From Phoronis australis (lineage: Eukaryota > Animalia > Phoronida), in NCBI GenBank assembly GCA_002633005.1, contig NMRA01000078.1, positions 567,868-631,867 on the forward strand: a DNA stretch of 64,000 bases. Direction: 5' to 3'. The notes beneath the pieces are model-generated. The model had not been told where the DNA came from and did not search any database. It worked only from the letters and a program-made list of their open reading frames with translations. Below are positions 39,701 through 54,700 of this stretch, in pieces; the stretch's first letter is position 1; each line of letters opens with the position of its first letter. A program made the position numbers and the translations under genes.

Positions 39701-42700
39701 AGCAAAATACACTTTATAATAAGCACTGTGAAATTGCCTGACAACAATTCGGACGAAGTGTTTTGTGTTTCCGGCTGTTTCGGCGACCATAGTCACCCTA
39801 TCGTACTAGAATGTGTGCTAAATAGTTGATTAAAAATTCTAAAGGTAATTGTTTGGATCAATCTTAATATTAATTGACATGAAATGAACAATTAATGTGT
39901 TTCCTTGATTGCCCAGGTATTTTGCACTAAATTAAACTGCCAGTCATCGCTGATTCCAATACGGTGGAGACATGGTGAAAGCCAAATTCGTTGTAACGAT
40001 GATGTCATAGACTTCGATTGGTGCAAGCGCCATCTCAAGTTTTTTTCTGGCGCTAAAAGGGGTTCGTGTTGGGGCTGCAGTATTGTCAAAAGCCTACTTA
40101 ATTAACGACTGGGGTATGCTTTGACACCGTATGTTGATGTTTTTCAGCAATAAACGCGCATTTTATATATAAAAGTAGTAATTTTGGCATCATATTAGGC
40201 CTTTAAGGTTTACTAACATATACACCCACTGCAATAGCTATTTACGTAGGCAAGTTGACAATCTTTGCAGATTCACAAGTACTCGCACACAACACCAAAC
40301 TGCCTACATGCAGTAATGAATGAACATCTGTCACAAATATTTATCATTTATTAGCGGTTTTAACATGGTCCAAAAGTTTATTTAAGCACATCAAAAATAA
40401 GAAAGGACTTATTAAACGCACCTTTCTTGTCTCTATTTTGCAATGGAAATAAATGGTGATACCTTGCGATGTTTTATACAAGTACGCAGTTTACGTATCT
40501 TGACTGTTGGATTTCAATCGCGTATCCGTGTTAGTTACGATTTAATAGGCGTTTAAGTAATAATAAGTGAAAATCTTTATCAGCTCCATTAGAGTATTAT
40601 ACGAGTGCCCAATAAAGGCGACCTCCTGCCCTATTAACGTAGCATACAAGGTAATATTTGGTTTCGGGTCCCATAACTGTTTCGAAACCTCGCCTGGGCC
40701 TCCATTTTGGTTGGCCCACACAACCAGCCGACCATTTAATAGTTTGACAATTAATTTATCAGTCACTAATGATAAGGAAATGCCCCTATAATTACTTTCA
40801 TTATTCATATTTCCTTGTTTATTAATAGGCATTAGTACACCGTTAGACCAAACTTATGCATATACGCCTGAAACCAATTTTTGTTAACAGGTTGACAAAC
40901 GATATGTACTCTGGTACACTTAATCATTTAAAAGATAATAACAACACTCCTTGCAGACTCTCTCATTAGCAAGACTTTTATAGCTTTATCAGTTTCATCT
41001 GCAGTAAGCATTGCCTTTAAATCAACTGGTATATTAACATTGCATTGCTCACAAGTACAAATCCTTATGCGCACCCTGTTCATATGACGCACAATTCAAC
41101 ACTGAACGGTCAATGGTAGGTTCTTCATTCAAGAATGTCTCAATAGGATACCTAGCCCGGATTAGGCCTTTTGGCAGATACTAAAAATGACTTTCCCATC
41201 CAGTTCTCTGAAACAAAATATATCTCTGTAACATTTGACAACCCTCAAAAGTTTGGGAAAATTTGAAAACTTCGTTCAAAGTCTGCTGAACGGATAAGCG
41301 TGGCCTACACTTTCAGAGAATTACACGGCAACTGCAGGAAAACACCAACCACCAAGGACAATGAAATATGGAGTATGACTTTTTAGTTGATTCCTGCCAT
41401 TTACTTGGAAATTTGACGGCAATGTTTCAAGTTATAGAACTCAGATTAGTGGAAATCATCAAAACGGTGTTAAATATCCTTTTAAAGTAACCTTGCCATA
41501 AATCCTGATTAATAGATGTGGAGGGGTTGGAGTGTCTCATGTGAGTATTCACAACTTTCCATAATTGTGTTGGGTTGTGTTTGGTAATAAATGGAACTTG
41601 TAAGCCCTTTTCTTTCTCGAAAAACATGTTTTAAAAGACAGTTTATTCCGTTAAAATACAGACAAAGTTTCGGGCGTTGAAATTTTACGGACATCTTATT
41701 ATATATGTTATGTCTGCAATTGACTTCCAGAACTCCAAATCAAATTTTTCCAACGCAGTCAAACGGTACTGATGGGACATAATCCATATGGCCAAGCGCA
41801 GTGGGTGTTTTTCCTGAACTCTAAGCTACCAGAACAGGTAAGTTTGATTGAACATCCCACATCAATCTTGCAATGTGAGTTTAAATAGAGATCAAAGAAA
41901 CGTGTGCGGGTGCACGCGTGCGTGTGTGTGTGGGGGTGTGGGTGTGTGTGTTGTGGTTTTGTGTGTGTGCGTGTGTTTGTGGGGGTGCGTGCGAGCGTGC
42001 GTGTATGGGTGGGGTGGGTAAAATTTGAGGAATTATATTTGCTTTACTAACTTCATATTGGAAATTTGAACTAAGCATTGCTAGTTAAACTACTTCCCAT
42101 ATTCTGGGCATAGTCTGCGGCCCCCAGATGTTGCATGCTTTTTGCTCAGAGTCTACATGGTACAATACGCGCCAAACGTAATATAGCATAATTTTCGTTC
42201 CCTGTCATGGCGGCCATCACTTGTCAATGGTAATTCAAATTGCACTTTCATTCAGCCACCTATCGTGACATTGAAAGAATTCCGTTGCCGCTCAGCTTTC
42301 ATGACCAAGAATTAAGGGTCATTTTGTCTGATAATAATTAACGTGTACTGGTAAAAATTTTGTCACTAAACACTACTCCACCTGTCGGTTTCAGCGTTTT
42401 TCAGAAGAAGTCATCCAAACGGACCGTCGATACGCCTCCTTGTCAGGGTGTATACGCATCTCCTTCCTATTCTCGTGGCTTACTTCTGGTGTGGGTGGAT
42501 TACAGCTGGTGTACCAAAGTCCCTCGATACCAAACTTATGGCAGGCCGCTTGGCAGTCAAAGGGGACTGGACGATCAGTGCGGACAAGCGTCAAAATATT
42601 CTCACATGACGTCACTGTAAGTACACCACCGTCCTAAGTACGTTTCCTTGTCATGTCACATCTGTTTATAAAAATAATTGCAGGTGGTCTTGTAGATGCT

Positions 42701-45700
42701 GTTCCCGAAGTGCGCAGGTCTTTCTGCGCTTAATCTACGCGTTCTTTAGACAGTGCTACATCTCGACCGGAGGACTGGGGTAGGTTCGTACGCCGGACGC
42801 GTTTCGGTGAATTATGCTTCACGCTGATTAAAACATCTAAATCACGTTCCTATAACCTTTACACATGGAGGACTCCTTAGGAAGCCGTCGATGTCTTTTA
42901 ATTCCTTCCAACTCGAATGGTGTCCCGAACCTTTTTCGAGCAGAGCGTGATTTGCCTACATCAACTGATTAAAAGTATACGTTGATTAAGTAAAACTATG
43001 CGCAGACTAAGCAGAAACGTGCGTTGAATAACAGCAGAAATATTGTCGTTTTAATGAGGAACTAAAGATACGCGAAGATTGAGCAAAAGTACACGTTGAT
43101 GACGCAAAAGTAGGCCTACGCGTATATTAAACACATTTCTACGCGCAGAAAATCTCTCCTTTGAGAACACTTTGGCGCTTCATAAAATTGTCGCTCGGCT
43201 CTCACTCGATGTTTGCGTTGCAAATAAATCACTACATGTGGGGACAAGTCTACCATTCGTGTGCAAAAGATGTTATAAGGCTGCCTCTTATCACAAACAC
43301 CGCTTTTGATTTGGAGCTAGAACTGTTAAGAAATTTGTCTCAACGAAATTGCTACTGAGTCAAATTAGAGGCAATTTCTGACTTAAGAACCAATTGACAG
43401 TTCGTTGTTGCTTGAGACCAGAGGCTTGTTTGATGAAATTGACTTAAGAATCTTGAGACAGAAATTGGGTCTTACGCTTCGCCTTTACAATTGCCAAATA
43501 GGTTTAGCCAAATAGGTTTAGTCATGTCAGCACATCATAGCCTGGAAACAATTTCTACAAATTTTGTCAGTAAGTACTAGTCATGAGTATATTCTCAGAG
43601 ATATTTTGTTCTTTTTTAAGGGAGCTTTAACCCCCTTTCGGAAATAGTTATGTGGAGCGTAAGATAAAATTTCTGTCTTAACTCTGGGCACTTCAGCAAA
43701 GCTAAATACGTCGTTAAAAAGCGAGATTTTGCGAGATTAAGTGTGATATTGCCGTCTGTTTTAAATGAGAACACTTGCGGGTAGATTTTAACTAGGTCTT
43801 AGCGTAGGTCCTAGCGTTACTGATCTCTACCCGGATCTCAGTCACATCATGACCCCAGGCTCTACAAGTTGGCGTGCCAAGGCGCGTCGTTGTAGCTTGC
43901 AGAAATCGAAAACGAACTGATACTTAGAAAACTGTAACAGTGTTTTTGATATCTCATCTTGAACATTTAGATCAAACAAACTTTGATTGATACCGTTGTT
44001 TTTGCTATCACTTTATCTTCCTTTCTACTAAATTGTACTAATAAGACATAGGCACACGATTCAATAAATAATAGACTGGTAAAAGGTTAAAGTCAAATTC
44101 CACAGCTCTTTTACTTTTAGAAAATGTTAATTTGTACCGAGTTTAAGTCTGCAAATGGATAGGGCTGTGATAATTACATATGCTCGGTATAATGTTGGAT
44201 ACTTGTTCTTTGTTCCAAATCAGATTGCCTTCAGGGGCACTTGGGGAGGCAAGTATCGTGTAGATGACGTTTCGATCTCCGAGTGCAGCTACTTGTCCGT
44301 GACAACGCCACAATCTACACCAAGTCCCAACACCCTTGTGTACAGAGGTACTCAAGGTAAGGCTTTATTCCACTACATACTTTTTCTCTTTTAGCCTTAG
44401 TTTTCAAAAAAAAATGAATGCCATGCTTAACCCTACCTCTCTGTTATATAACATTTGTAGAAATCGTTTCGTGTTATTAGCATTTCAAGCAGCATTATAT
44501 CTATCAGTTTATCAAGGATACGTGTCGGTAACTTCTTTCCTGTTATTTTTTAACATCAACTGACAGCTTAGCAAGCAGAATATCGCCTATGTGGTACTTC
44601 TTTGGTTCGGAACTGGTTGGCTCAAATCTTACAAATCTGCCCTCTAGGAGGCGCACGCATCAATTTTCGCTTTTCGTAACGGTTACCCGGTACTGAGCGA
44701 CAGCAAAACATGAAATGACTAACAAACAAACGTACTTTTATTGATCATGTACATTGTCTTTTCATCAAAAACAAGACTTTGTGTCCAGGGCAATGTTCGT
44801 GCGTGTGACATCTTTGTCCATGTCTACTTCCAAAGTGGTCCGCCCGACATCTTCATGTTCATGTCAGTAATGGCCAGCGTGACATATAAATATATTCATG
44901 TCAACAATGGCCAACATTACATCTTTACGTTCATGTCAAAAGTTTTAACGTGACATATTTATGTGCGAGTCAACAATGGCCCCTGAAACAATTCGATTTC
45001 ATGCCCATAATGGACATCTTGATGCCATTATGTTCATGTGAAAATTGCCAGCGTGACGTCAAAGTTCATGAGAGATGTGTGAAGTGTTCGCTTCCTTTAC
45101 TCACGGTCGTGGGTTCGATTTCCACTGAGGCACATTGCTAGACTTTTGGCTTAGCTATGTAGCTCCTCACTTCGATATTGCTTGCATATCAATAAAGCAT
45201 TAAAATGCTTCCAGGTGATCAGTGCATTGGGCCCACCTGAGCGGCCAGCGCACTCCCGGGACCATGTGTACCACGCCGTCTCTGTTGTGATGTTATACTT
45301 TTCTATGACGTCATCCTTTTGTGACGTCATTCTTAATTCCTGTCAATATATTTTACATTTCTTTTATACATTTCTGCTTCTTTCTATTACAAAAAACATA
45401 ACAGATTTTGGCGTAGTTGGCAGGATATAAAAAAGACGGATGAGTTGGCTGGCATTATTTCGTTATTACAACAACAAATCAACCAACAGCAAGAGAATCA
45501 TCAGCGTTTTGTTGATATGAAGGCTGATGCACCAACCAACGACATCTACGCCAATTTTTGGTGCGTTCGACAGTTCTGTGGAGCTCTGTAAGGATTATTG
45601 GTCCAGATTCCAAACATTTGTAGGGGCACACTCCATACCTATGGAAAAACTTTCACAAACTTTCTTAACGAATCAGACGTCTACAGTTTATAAGTTGATT

Positions 45701-48700
45701 GCAACTTTGGCAGAGCAGCATACACCTTCCAAGGATATCAATCAACTGACAATCAATGAAATTACAACATTTATGGAGAATAATTCGATTCGAAGTATTT
45801 TGTCGTCCGGGAGCGACTCAAATTTTGGTCTAACACAAGAAGACAGCCAGGTGAGACAATACAGGAGCTAGCAGCTCGTATTCGACAAGACGCTGCAAAA
45901 TGCGATTTTCCAACAATAAAGGATAATCAGGATGAAGCTATGAAAACTAGATTTATTTGTTCAATTAATAATGAGGCGGTCGTAAAAGTCCTTTTCAAAA
46001 TAAAAGATGACGATTTATCTTTTAAGAAAGCCATAGAAATAGCAACAGAAACTGAAGAGGCGTCTAAAGTTGCAAAAGAAACGGTTTACGGAGATCCAGT
46101 GCAAAAGAAAAGGAGGGAAGAAACCGGGCAGGGCAGAGAACAGAAGTTAAAGAGGTCGATTCACAGCTATTTAGTTGTAGTTATTATGTATACACATGTG
46201 CTGACTGTTAATAAAGATTGCTTATAAACCACATTTCATTTTATTTCATTCCCCATATTCTTTTATTATTCGAGTAAAACACGCTCCCACTTCCCCACAA
46301 AATTTCGAGAACAGAAAATTTTCAACTTCGGCTATCTTCGGAAACACGTCACGTCCGGAAGCGGACCCGATCACTGCCGAGTCTGTCCATAGGTTTGTAC
46401 TGGGACTATCTGGCACAAATGGAAGCTTTCTGTTTGTTAGAATGGGTTTATTATGCAACTTTTGCCAATTAATTCTCTGAAATGTGACACATATGCNGGG
46501 ACACTTGCAGGCACTAGTTCGAACCTGCAGGGCCCGTTTATGTTGTCACGAACACGCTCACGATGGTCGTTGTGCATATTGTCTGTGTCCGACGCTAGTG
46601 TGACTGCGGTTTACTAGCCGACTTCATTCCTACAACACAGTTGTCTTCCGGACTCGACATCACAGACGCTTATGTAACCGCCTGGTCTGTTTTCAGACTC
46701 GGCTGAAGTCGGAGAAGGTCATTACTGCTGGGCTTATCTAATTAATCACGCTGTGTGGGCAGTAACTAGCCCAAGTAACGGGCTCCTGTAAGGCTATTCT
46801 TTGAGTTGAAAAGCAGTTGTTTTGGTGTGAAACTATGTCTTTAAGGGATTTTCCAAAGGGAACATGTGCCCGTTGTGGAAAAAAAGACCACATGGCAATG
46901 GATTGTCGTTTTAAAGAGACTGAATATCGTTTCTGTCACAAGAAAGGTCATATAGAGGCTGTATGTCTAAGCAAAAGAAAGGCTAGCGATAAAGTAAGCA
47001 GTATTTTAGCAAGGCCAGAACAGAAAGTTAATCACATTTTGGATCGAGATCCAATAGCGGAGTTGCAACCGAATTGATTGCTCACGTCCGGAAATTAGGG
47101 AGCGCAAAGGATATAGGGATTGATAAGGGTATGTGGAATTGCCGATCGCTTTGCACGACGTGTGATTTGTGTGCATTAAACTACGCTACTGTATGTAATT
47201 CTGCCGCTATTCGGCCCCATAAGCGCCCATGCCCCAATAAGTGCCCCAACGCGATTTCAGACTTCACTAAAGTAAGCGCCCAGCCCATGAACTACATGCG
47301 AAAAATGCTACCTACAGTTCTAACGTCTCCAATTTATCAATTGAAAGATCCGACAGTCCTGAATTCGGGACCACGAGACTCACCGTTACGTCCGTATACA
47401 CTTCAAACTTACGCCGCGATTCAAAAAGAACGCAAAAGTTTTGCTGCTCTTGCGAGGGATGTGCCCCACTACGCGGGTCTGGACTTTGACAACAGACGCA
47501 GCGTACTTGTCAGCGGGATTGCGTTGTTTCTTTCCGGTACAGATCTTTTCCGGCCTCCACAGGAATTCAAACTTCTTTGTACACGTGAAAACTGTGAATC
47601 GAAGACTAATTAAAAAACTCGACCAGTGTTAGCAAGCGGCCAAGAACCGCGCGCTGCATAACTAACCGGCTGCCATCGAAGACATTTAGTCGAGAACTAT
47701 CTATTCATGAAACCGGTAACATAGTATCTGCAAGAAATAAATATTGGCACTAATTTCCGAAAGTTTCTAATATCGTAAAAAAATGCATTATTTTTAAGAG
47801 AAATTATTTAACTAATCATAATTGGTGTTTTTAAAATCAAAATGAGCCACTGATAGTGAACACATTCGCAACCTTACACCCCGAATCTTCCGGAAAGTAG
47901 TTGTACACTACGGTCACGCATCCACTCACCCGGCGACTCAATGAGTGACATATCGGTCTTACCGAAACAATTCTCGAACGTTTTTTAGCAGACGAGGCCA
48001 GCAAGTGCTAAGCTAAATATTAGTTTCTATTTTCGGATCAACTAAAGGAGTTCCAGCTATGGCTGCTAATCGACTAGCAAGACGGGCGTTACATCTTAGC
48101 CAGTATGAATACACAATAGAGTATCAGAAAACATCTGATCATTCTAATGCAGATGCATTGAGTCACTTACCCTGCGGTAAGGATCCAATATTCGACAGGG
48201 AGGAAGAACAAGCTGACGTGAATGGGGTCTGTTCTGTGAAGCAAGTAAGTCTACAACTGAACCCTGTTAACTCTAAATTGCTTAATAAAGAATCTAGCAA
48301 GGATTCTGGCATTTCTAAAGCAATGAGATATAACATAGAGGGTTGGCCAGTTTCTGTGGATTCCGAAGAATTGAAATATTTCAGAAAATTGAAAGATACC
48401 TTGACCACAGAAGATGGATGTCTTTTTCATGCTACACGGATAGTTATTCCAAAGAGATTACGAAAACAGATGTTGGATCTGCTTCACATTGGCCATTTTG
48501 CAATGCAGAGAATGAAGCAACCAGCACGGGCAGTGGTTTATTGGCCACATATCAACGAGGATATTGAAGAACTTGTACGTCATTGCACGGCTTGTGCTGA
48601 ACATCACAACAGATCATCGAAAGCAAATATTCATCCATGGATGCTACCCGAAAAACCATGGACCCTTGTCAACTTTCTTGGAACAAACTGGTTGGTAATG

Positions 48701-51700
48701 GTAGATGCGTATTCTAAATACCCATGTATACAGCCAACATGTTCACTGTCAACAAAAACAACAACGGAATTTCTTGAAAGAGAGTTTGCGCATTTTGGTT
48801 GTCCTTACACGTTCGTAACTGATAATGCAGAAAATTTTACTCTGAAGAATTCCAGGCTTGGTGCCAAGAACTTGGTATTGTACACCTTACAGGTGCCCTC
48901 CTACCATCCAGCTACAAATGGAGAAGAGCGTTTAGTACATGTACAAACTTTCAAGCAATCTCTGCAGAAATCTTCTTTGTTGCCAACAAAAGCAGCATCA
49001 AAAGAGTTTTTATTGCAATATCGTCGTCCACTTCTAGATTCTGGTTATTCTCCAAGCGAACTTTTAAATGGAAGACAAATTCGTTGTAAGCTAGACAGCT
49101 TACTTCCCTCACTTGCTCATGTAGCGCAAGAGAAGCAGTCAAGAAATGCTGCGAAACCACGAATTGCTGAGTCTGATCAAACAGTGTCAAAGATTCATAT
49201 GTATACCATTGTAATGCCATGTTATGCCGTGTGCTATGGGCCTCGTCAAAGTAGGGACCCTCGCTTGGTACCTGCTGTTGTGACCCGAGTTTTGGGTCCA
49301 CGTTCTGTCAAGGTGAAAGTCATGCCAAGTGGTCCAATCTGGCATCGTCATATCGATCAGTTGAGACCAAGGTATTGTTCTGAAGAAGATAGAGATCCTG
49401 GAGATACCACATTTTTGTCAATTGGAGATTCCGATACAGATGCCAGACAAGCAAGGAATGAAGAGAATGCAACTACGGCAACAGAGATGCAAACGAGAAA
49501 ATCGGAAAAGAAGAAACGCCCAAACCCACGACTTCCAGCGGGAAATGGATATGGGCCACACAACTTGAGAACGTCCGAGAGACTTAAAAAAGACAAGCTT
49601 TCGCTCAATAAGGCGGGGAGGTGTTGTGATGTGATAGTATTCTATGACGTCATCCTTTTGTGATGTCATTCTTAATTCCTATCAATATATTTCACATTTA
49701 TTTTATACGTTTCTGCTTCTTTCTATTACAAAAACATAACAGTCTCCAAAAGTTCATGTATACAATGGGCAATGGGAAGTTATTAAAACGATATAGTTTC
49801 ATGTCTAAAACGGACAATACGACTTTTTTATGTTGATATCAGCATTGCATAGCCAGTGTGACACTCTTATGTTCAAATTAACAATGGTCAGTGTCACATC
49901 TTTATGTTTGTGTCTGTAATGCACATTGTATAGTGTGATGTTACAATTTCATGTCAACAATGACCTGCTCGACTTGTATCTCATGGTCTTGTCAAGAATG
50001 GCTATTGCGACGTCTTTTAAGCTTTTGCCTGTAGTGGTCAATGTGACATCTCCATTTTTATGACACCATTGGCCTATGTGACATCTCTATGTCCATGTCA
50101 ACAATAACTGGAGTAACTTCTTTAGAAATGCCATTTGTCTTTCTTCAGGAACTGTGATTAGTCCAGGCTATCCAACAGGCTACCCCCCGAATGTCGATGC
50201 AAGATGGAGGATTATCTCGTACGAGTCAATTACGTTGGTGTTTCAAGCTTTTGATACTGAAAGAACATACGACAGGCTAAAGGTAAAATTTTGTTAAACT
50301 GTCTTCGAACTGCTAGTTTCCCATCGCTACGCGTCAGGGTGAACGAGATGGCATGTATGTAGTATTCACGGCCATCGTCTTTACATGTACGTCACACATT
50401 GTTGTTGAATGTATATCTCAAGAAAGAAGCTTTAATTCTGTTCATATTTGCTACCAAAGATGTGGGATAAATTTCAGGCGCCAGTAGATTTGGATGACCT
50501 TAACAACATTTCCAAGGTCACAGACATCAAGTTTTGATATGGCACACACGTTTTTTGACGGCATTCCCCAAGAAATAAGCTTTATATTTTTGTTCGGAAT
50601 GCGTACCAGCATTTAGGTGGAGCTACATCAATTGCAAGTCGATTTTGCTGGTCTTGCTTGTTTTGGGGAAACGATGGTCATATATTTTGTACCAAGAAGT
50701 GAATGGTCAATTCTTTGCACCACTCGGTTTTGGTGACCTTACATCATTTTCAAGTTCACGGCGAGAAAATCAAGTTTTGACTGGAGAGAAGATATTTCTG
50801 GTAAGGTGTGATACATCTCAAGAAGTGAATTTTAAATTTTGTTTATGTGGTGGTTCAGGCTGGTGTCAATTTGACAACCATGAACTCATTTTATTTTCAA
50901 AGACATGGAAATAAATTTAAGAGTTCGAACTAGAAAGTGTTGTTAGTACCAGTTTCATGATAAGTGTTGTTAGTACCAGTTTTAGGATAAGTGTTGTTAG
51001 TACCAGTTTTAGGATAAGTGTTGTTAGTACCAGTTTTAGGATAATTGTTGTTAGCACCAGTTTCATGATAGAGCTTTACACTTTTCATAGTGTAAAATGA
51101 AATTCAAAGCTCGAGCAATTCATTATGTTATTTGCCTGGAAAGCAGCCTCTAAAGACTCGAGTACCGACCTTCAAGACGGGATTTCGAAAACAGCCTCTC
51201 AGATAGCGCACTTTTGAAGTTTCAGTATAAAATTTCACGTTTTGGAAACAATCTGATTGAAACTCTAGTAAATCTTAGTTAGCATGCCATAAAATTTTCT
51301 CATTCAGTTATAAGAAATGAAATGCATCTTAAAGACAATTATTACTTTCCCTAGAAATTGAATATTGGCAGAGATATAATGATCTGGTTTATCTTAGCAC
51401 AAAAAGCACTGTGCATGCATCCCGAGGCAGCGTGAGACAAACGCTTGTACTTCTTAACAATTGTGTGACTCCTCATCTGTAGGTTCAGCTGTAAAATCCC
51501 ATACATGACGTTCACCATGTGGACCGGGTGGAGTAGCGGGGTACTTGACTATATTTTTGACGGGGGGGTACTACTGAAAAATTAGGACCAGCCCATTTAG
51601 AGAGTGGAATCGAAAAGGGGACCCATTTATGGGGAGTTCTAATTCAAAGGCGACCCTTTTGAAGAGTTAACTTCAGCCTTTCGTTGCGATTCTTGGACAG

Positions 51701-54700
51701 CAAAATTGTATCAATGAAGCCCGAAAGTGTGCAACATACGATTTTGAATTATACGTGTTGATATCTTTGAAAACTCGTACAGATATGTGTAGTTTGAAAG
51801 AAATTGTGTTGGAAAAGAAACACATTTGTTGGAGGTTTTACCAGAAAAGGCAAATTGTCAAAGCAAATGTGGTAGTGCTTCACGTATTGCATATAAATTC
51901 CATGGGAGTATCCCTGAAAGTCGAGTTCATGGAGTGTGTCTGCAATTGCTTTCTTTGCTCGATTCTTTCACGTGTTGAGTTAGAGCGTGGGGACGTTAAG
52001 CCAATGAACTCGGGAGTAGCAGTATTTTGTCCTCAGTTTCTAGTTTAGGCATCAGTAAGTTACTATCATTTGGTGTTGTCTGAGCTTCCCATTTTCCGGA
52101 GTCCCAGCTATTCCGTTCGTTATGCGACAGCCTCCCGTAGAAATTATGCCTCCGGGATTACGTCGACATTCACTGTGATGTACATCATCACTTATACTCA
52201 GATGGATATCACAAGAGTAAACTGTAGTGTTCGAAGGACCAGTGTCCGCAATAGCCCTTGTAGATGCTATCCCGTAACCCGCTGGGTTCTTGGTCATTGT
52301 TGGAAAGGTTTCTGTTGCGGGTTGCATGAAAAAGTCCCAAATAAGGACTCAGGTAAGTTTCCTAAATCTACAGCGTATTTGAGGGCTTGTAAAACATGGA
52401 TTGTTCTGTCTTATGCTGTTTGAATATCGTTGCTGTGCTTGTCAGTTGATGCAAATCGACAGCGCACTCTGGATTGTATTATCAATATTATTGAAATAAG
52501 TAGGAACTTTTCATGCAACGCCCCCAATTTAAGGACAATGTTCATTATCATTTGGAATGAGTTAAGGGCTCTTTTTTGTTATATTATTAGAAATTGCCAT
52601 TAGTGAAAGAAGAGCTTATAATAAAGATAAACAAAAATATTACATCTGTGCCTAAAGAACGAAACAAATACGAAAAAAGATTTAGGGAACTTAGTTGAGT
52701 CCCTATTTGGGGCTGTTTCTTGCAACCGGCCACTGCATTTACATAACTGTATACCTGTCTTAGTCTGGCTTACTATATATTCATAAAGCATAATAATGAT
52801 TCCAGGTTATCAGTGCAAGGGCTGGGGCACGTCTGGTGTAACGTGTACCAGATCACCTGCAGTTTTTTGTATTACAGTCTGGTTTTAACCAGAAAATTTG
52901 ACCTAGCTATAGTATGTCATTATTAAGGTACGCCACAATCCGTGACTTCAGACATTCCTCAAAACGACCGCTAAATTTTGTTCTGCTTGTAGGTGTACGA
53001 CTACCGTGGATCATCACGGCTTGTCTTCCTTCGCACATTTAGTGGATCTATCCGTCCGGGCTATACATTTCAAACTTACAGGAGAATAATTGAGCTGCAC
53101 TTTTCATCAGACTCCAGTAGGCAACAGGCAGGCTTTATCATCAAATGGCAGCGTCCTAGGTCAGAGGTCACCACTGTGCAACACGTCACAGGTACTTGTG
53201 TAAAGGCTGGCAGGAGCTAGAGTTGAATGCTATGTTTGGTTGGGGCAGCTAGTCGTTGTAACAGGTTATCTCTGTTAAATTTTCAACTGATGTCTCTTAT
53301 TTTAGGACGCACATAATCTTTAGCACTCAGTGACAATGTTAAGAAATTTGTGTTATGTATTCGATCAGCGAAGGAAAACGGTGTGCCGTTGATTTCACAG
53401 TTGATTCGCTGTTACGAGCGGATGTCCCACCGTAATGGTGTCATTCAAGTTTTTGCTGATTTTGAGCTTGAAAACCAGGTCTTGGCAGCTCCAATAGTTT
53501 GTTCTACAAGATGTACAAAACTTGACAATATGAGCCGTGTACTGGGCCAAAGAGATATTTAACTTTGCACGAAGTCTGTTGAGACTGATTACATGCACAG
53601 ACAAATTTCCTTCTTTTGCGACTACCGGAAGTGTAACCGACTGCCTTAAAAAAGAGCATAAATACACCAAATCAGGAATTTTTACCCCAAAGCCACCTTC
53701 TGCATTTGATTTTTCCAAACCAAGAGCCATTGTCACTGCCAAAGCTCTCCAGGTTACAAAAATCAGGTGAAAAGTGGGTGTCAATTGTCCAGATTTTTTT
53801 ACATCTCCACTTTGTCTGATGGGTACTTGACTTTCCTGCTTAAGTCCAACTTCCCCCTTGCAAACAGTGAACGTTTAGAAAAGTCACGGCTGAGCAAAAA
53901 GTGGGTCAAAGGGTCAACAGCTGGAAATCTTTTACTCAAAACGGACTTAAAAATCAAGCAAATACCATTCGTTCAAAGACCCTCTCGACTCACGGCCCTT
54001 AATCCCCTCGACTACACAAGCTTGACTCGATCTGACCATCGAACAAGCGCTGACTTGCAAGACGAACGACTGGGGCAGTGAGCTCAAATGGCTGTTTCCT
54101 GTTTTTTGCAATTAAGACAGCCTATGTGGCAAGTCTGAAAGTCAAAAACAGAAAAAATAACGCAATCAAATCAAAACCCACCAACGTTACAAATGTCGTT
54201 CCCGGCGAAGTGTCTCGTCTGCTCTTCAGTGAATATCAGATCCAAGATTTTTGGGAGAGTGCGAGGAACCGATAGATACTGTATGTAATTTCTTCAGTAA
54301 AACTGTTAACTAAAACAGTATCTCAGCGTTACATGGTGTAAACGAGTACACAACAGAAAGCAAATAATAAAAATGTGAAATTATGTCCATGTTAGTAGAA
54401 AAGGACCGTTGTTAGCTGCTAGTGGAACTGTTCTGTGACAAAGATAGCACGCTCACAATTCGCTATTTCAGACCATGTTCTTATGTCATTTTCTGTTTTT
54501 TAACCACCAGAGCAGATTTGTGAGTAGGTAGGTCTTATGGTAAAGTAATTCAGATAATGAAATGTGTACCAAGCGCAAAGATACAGCTATCGATACAGGT
54601 CGTGGGTTAAGTGATACAAGGGTTGTGGGTCGTGGGGGTTGTGGGCCGACGGGGTCGTGGATGGGGGGGTAGTGGGTGATTTAGAATAATCCCTCAAAAA

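Larger units (their letters stand above)
44790..50115 (+). repeat. Degenerate ~34-bp minisatellite (44790-45070 and 49749-50115) split by insertions
   Basis: Recurring GTGACATCTTTATGTTCATGTCAACAATGGCCAGC-like unit on both sides of the LTR element. Confidence 0.75.

Noticed and set aside
39905-40105. CNDDVIDFDW peptide as the missing MAM N-terminal exon
   Set aside because: Phase is incompatible with flanking exons, there is no good donor, and its start repeats 39550-39597
50935-51069. 27-bp repeats as a CRISPR array
   Set aside because: Head-to-tail with no spacers, no cas genes, eukaryotic intron
52070-52423. Cys-rich ORF resembling a small defence peptide
   Set aside because: No ATG or signal peptide, and it runs into the TIR of a MITE at 52319
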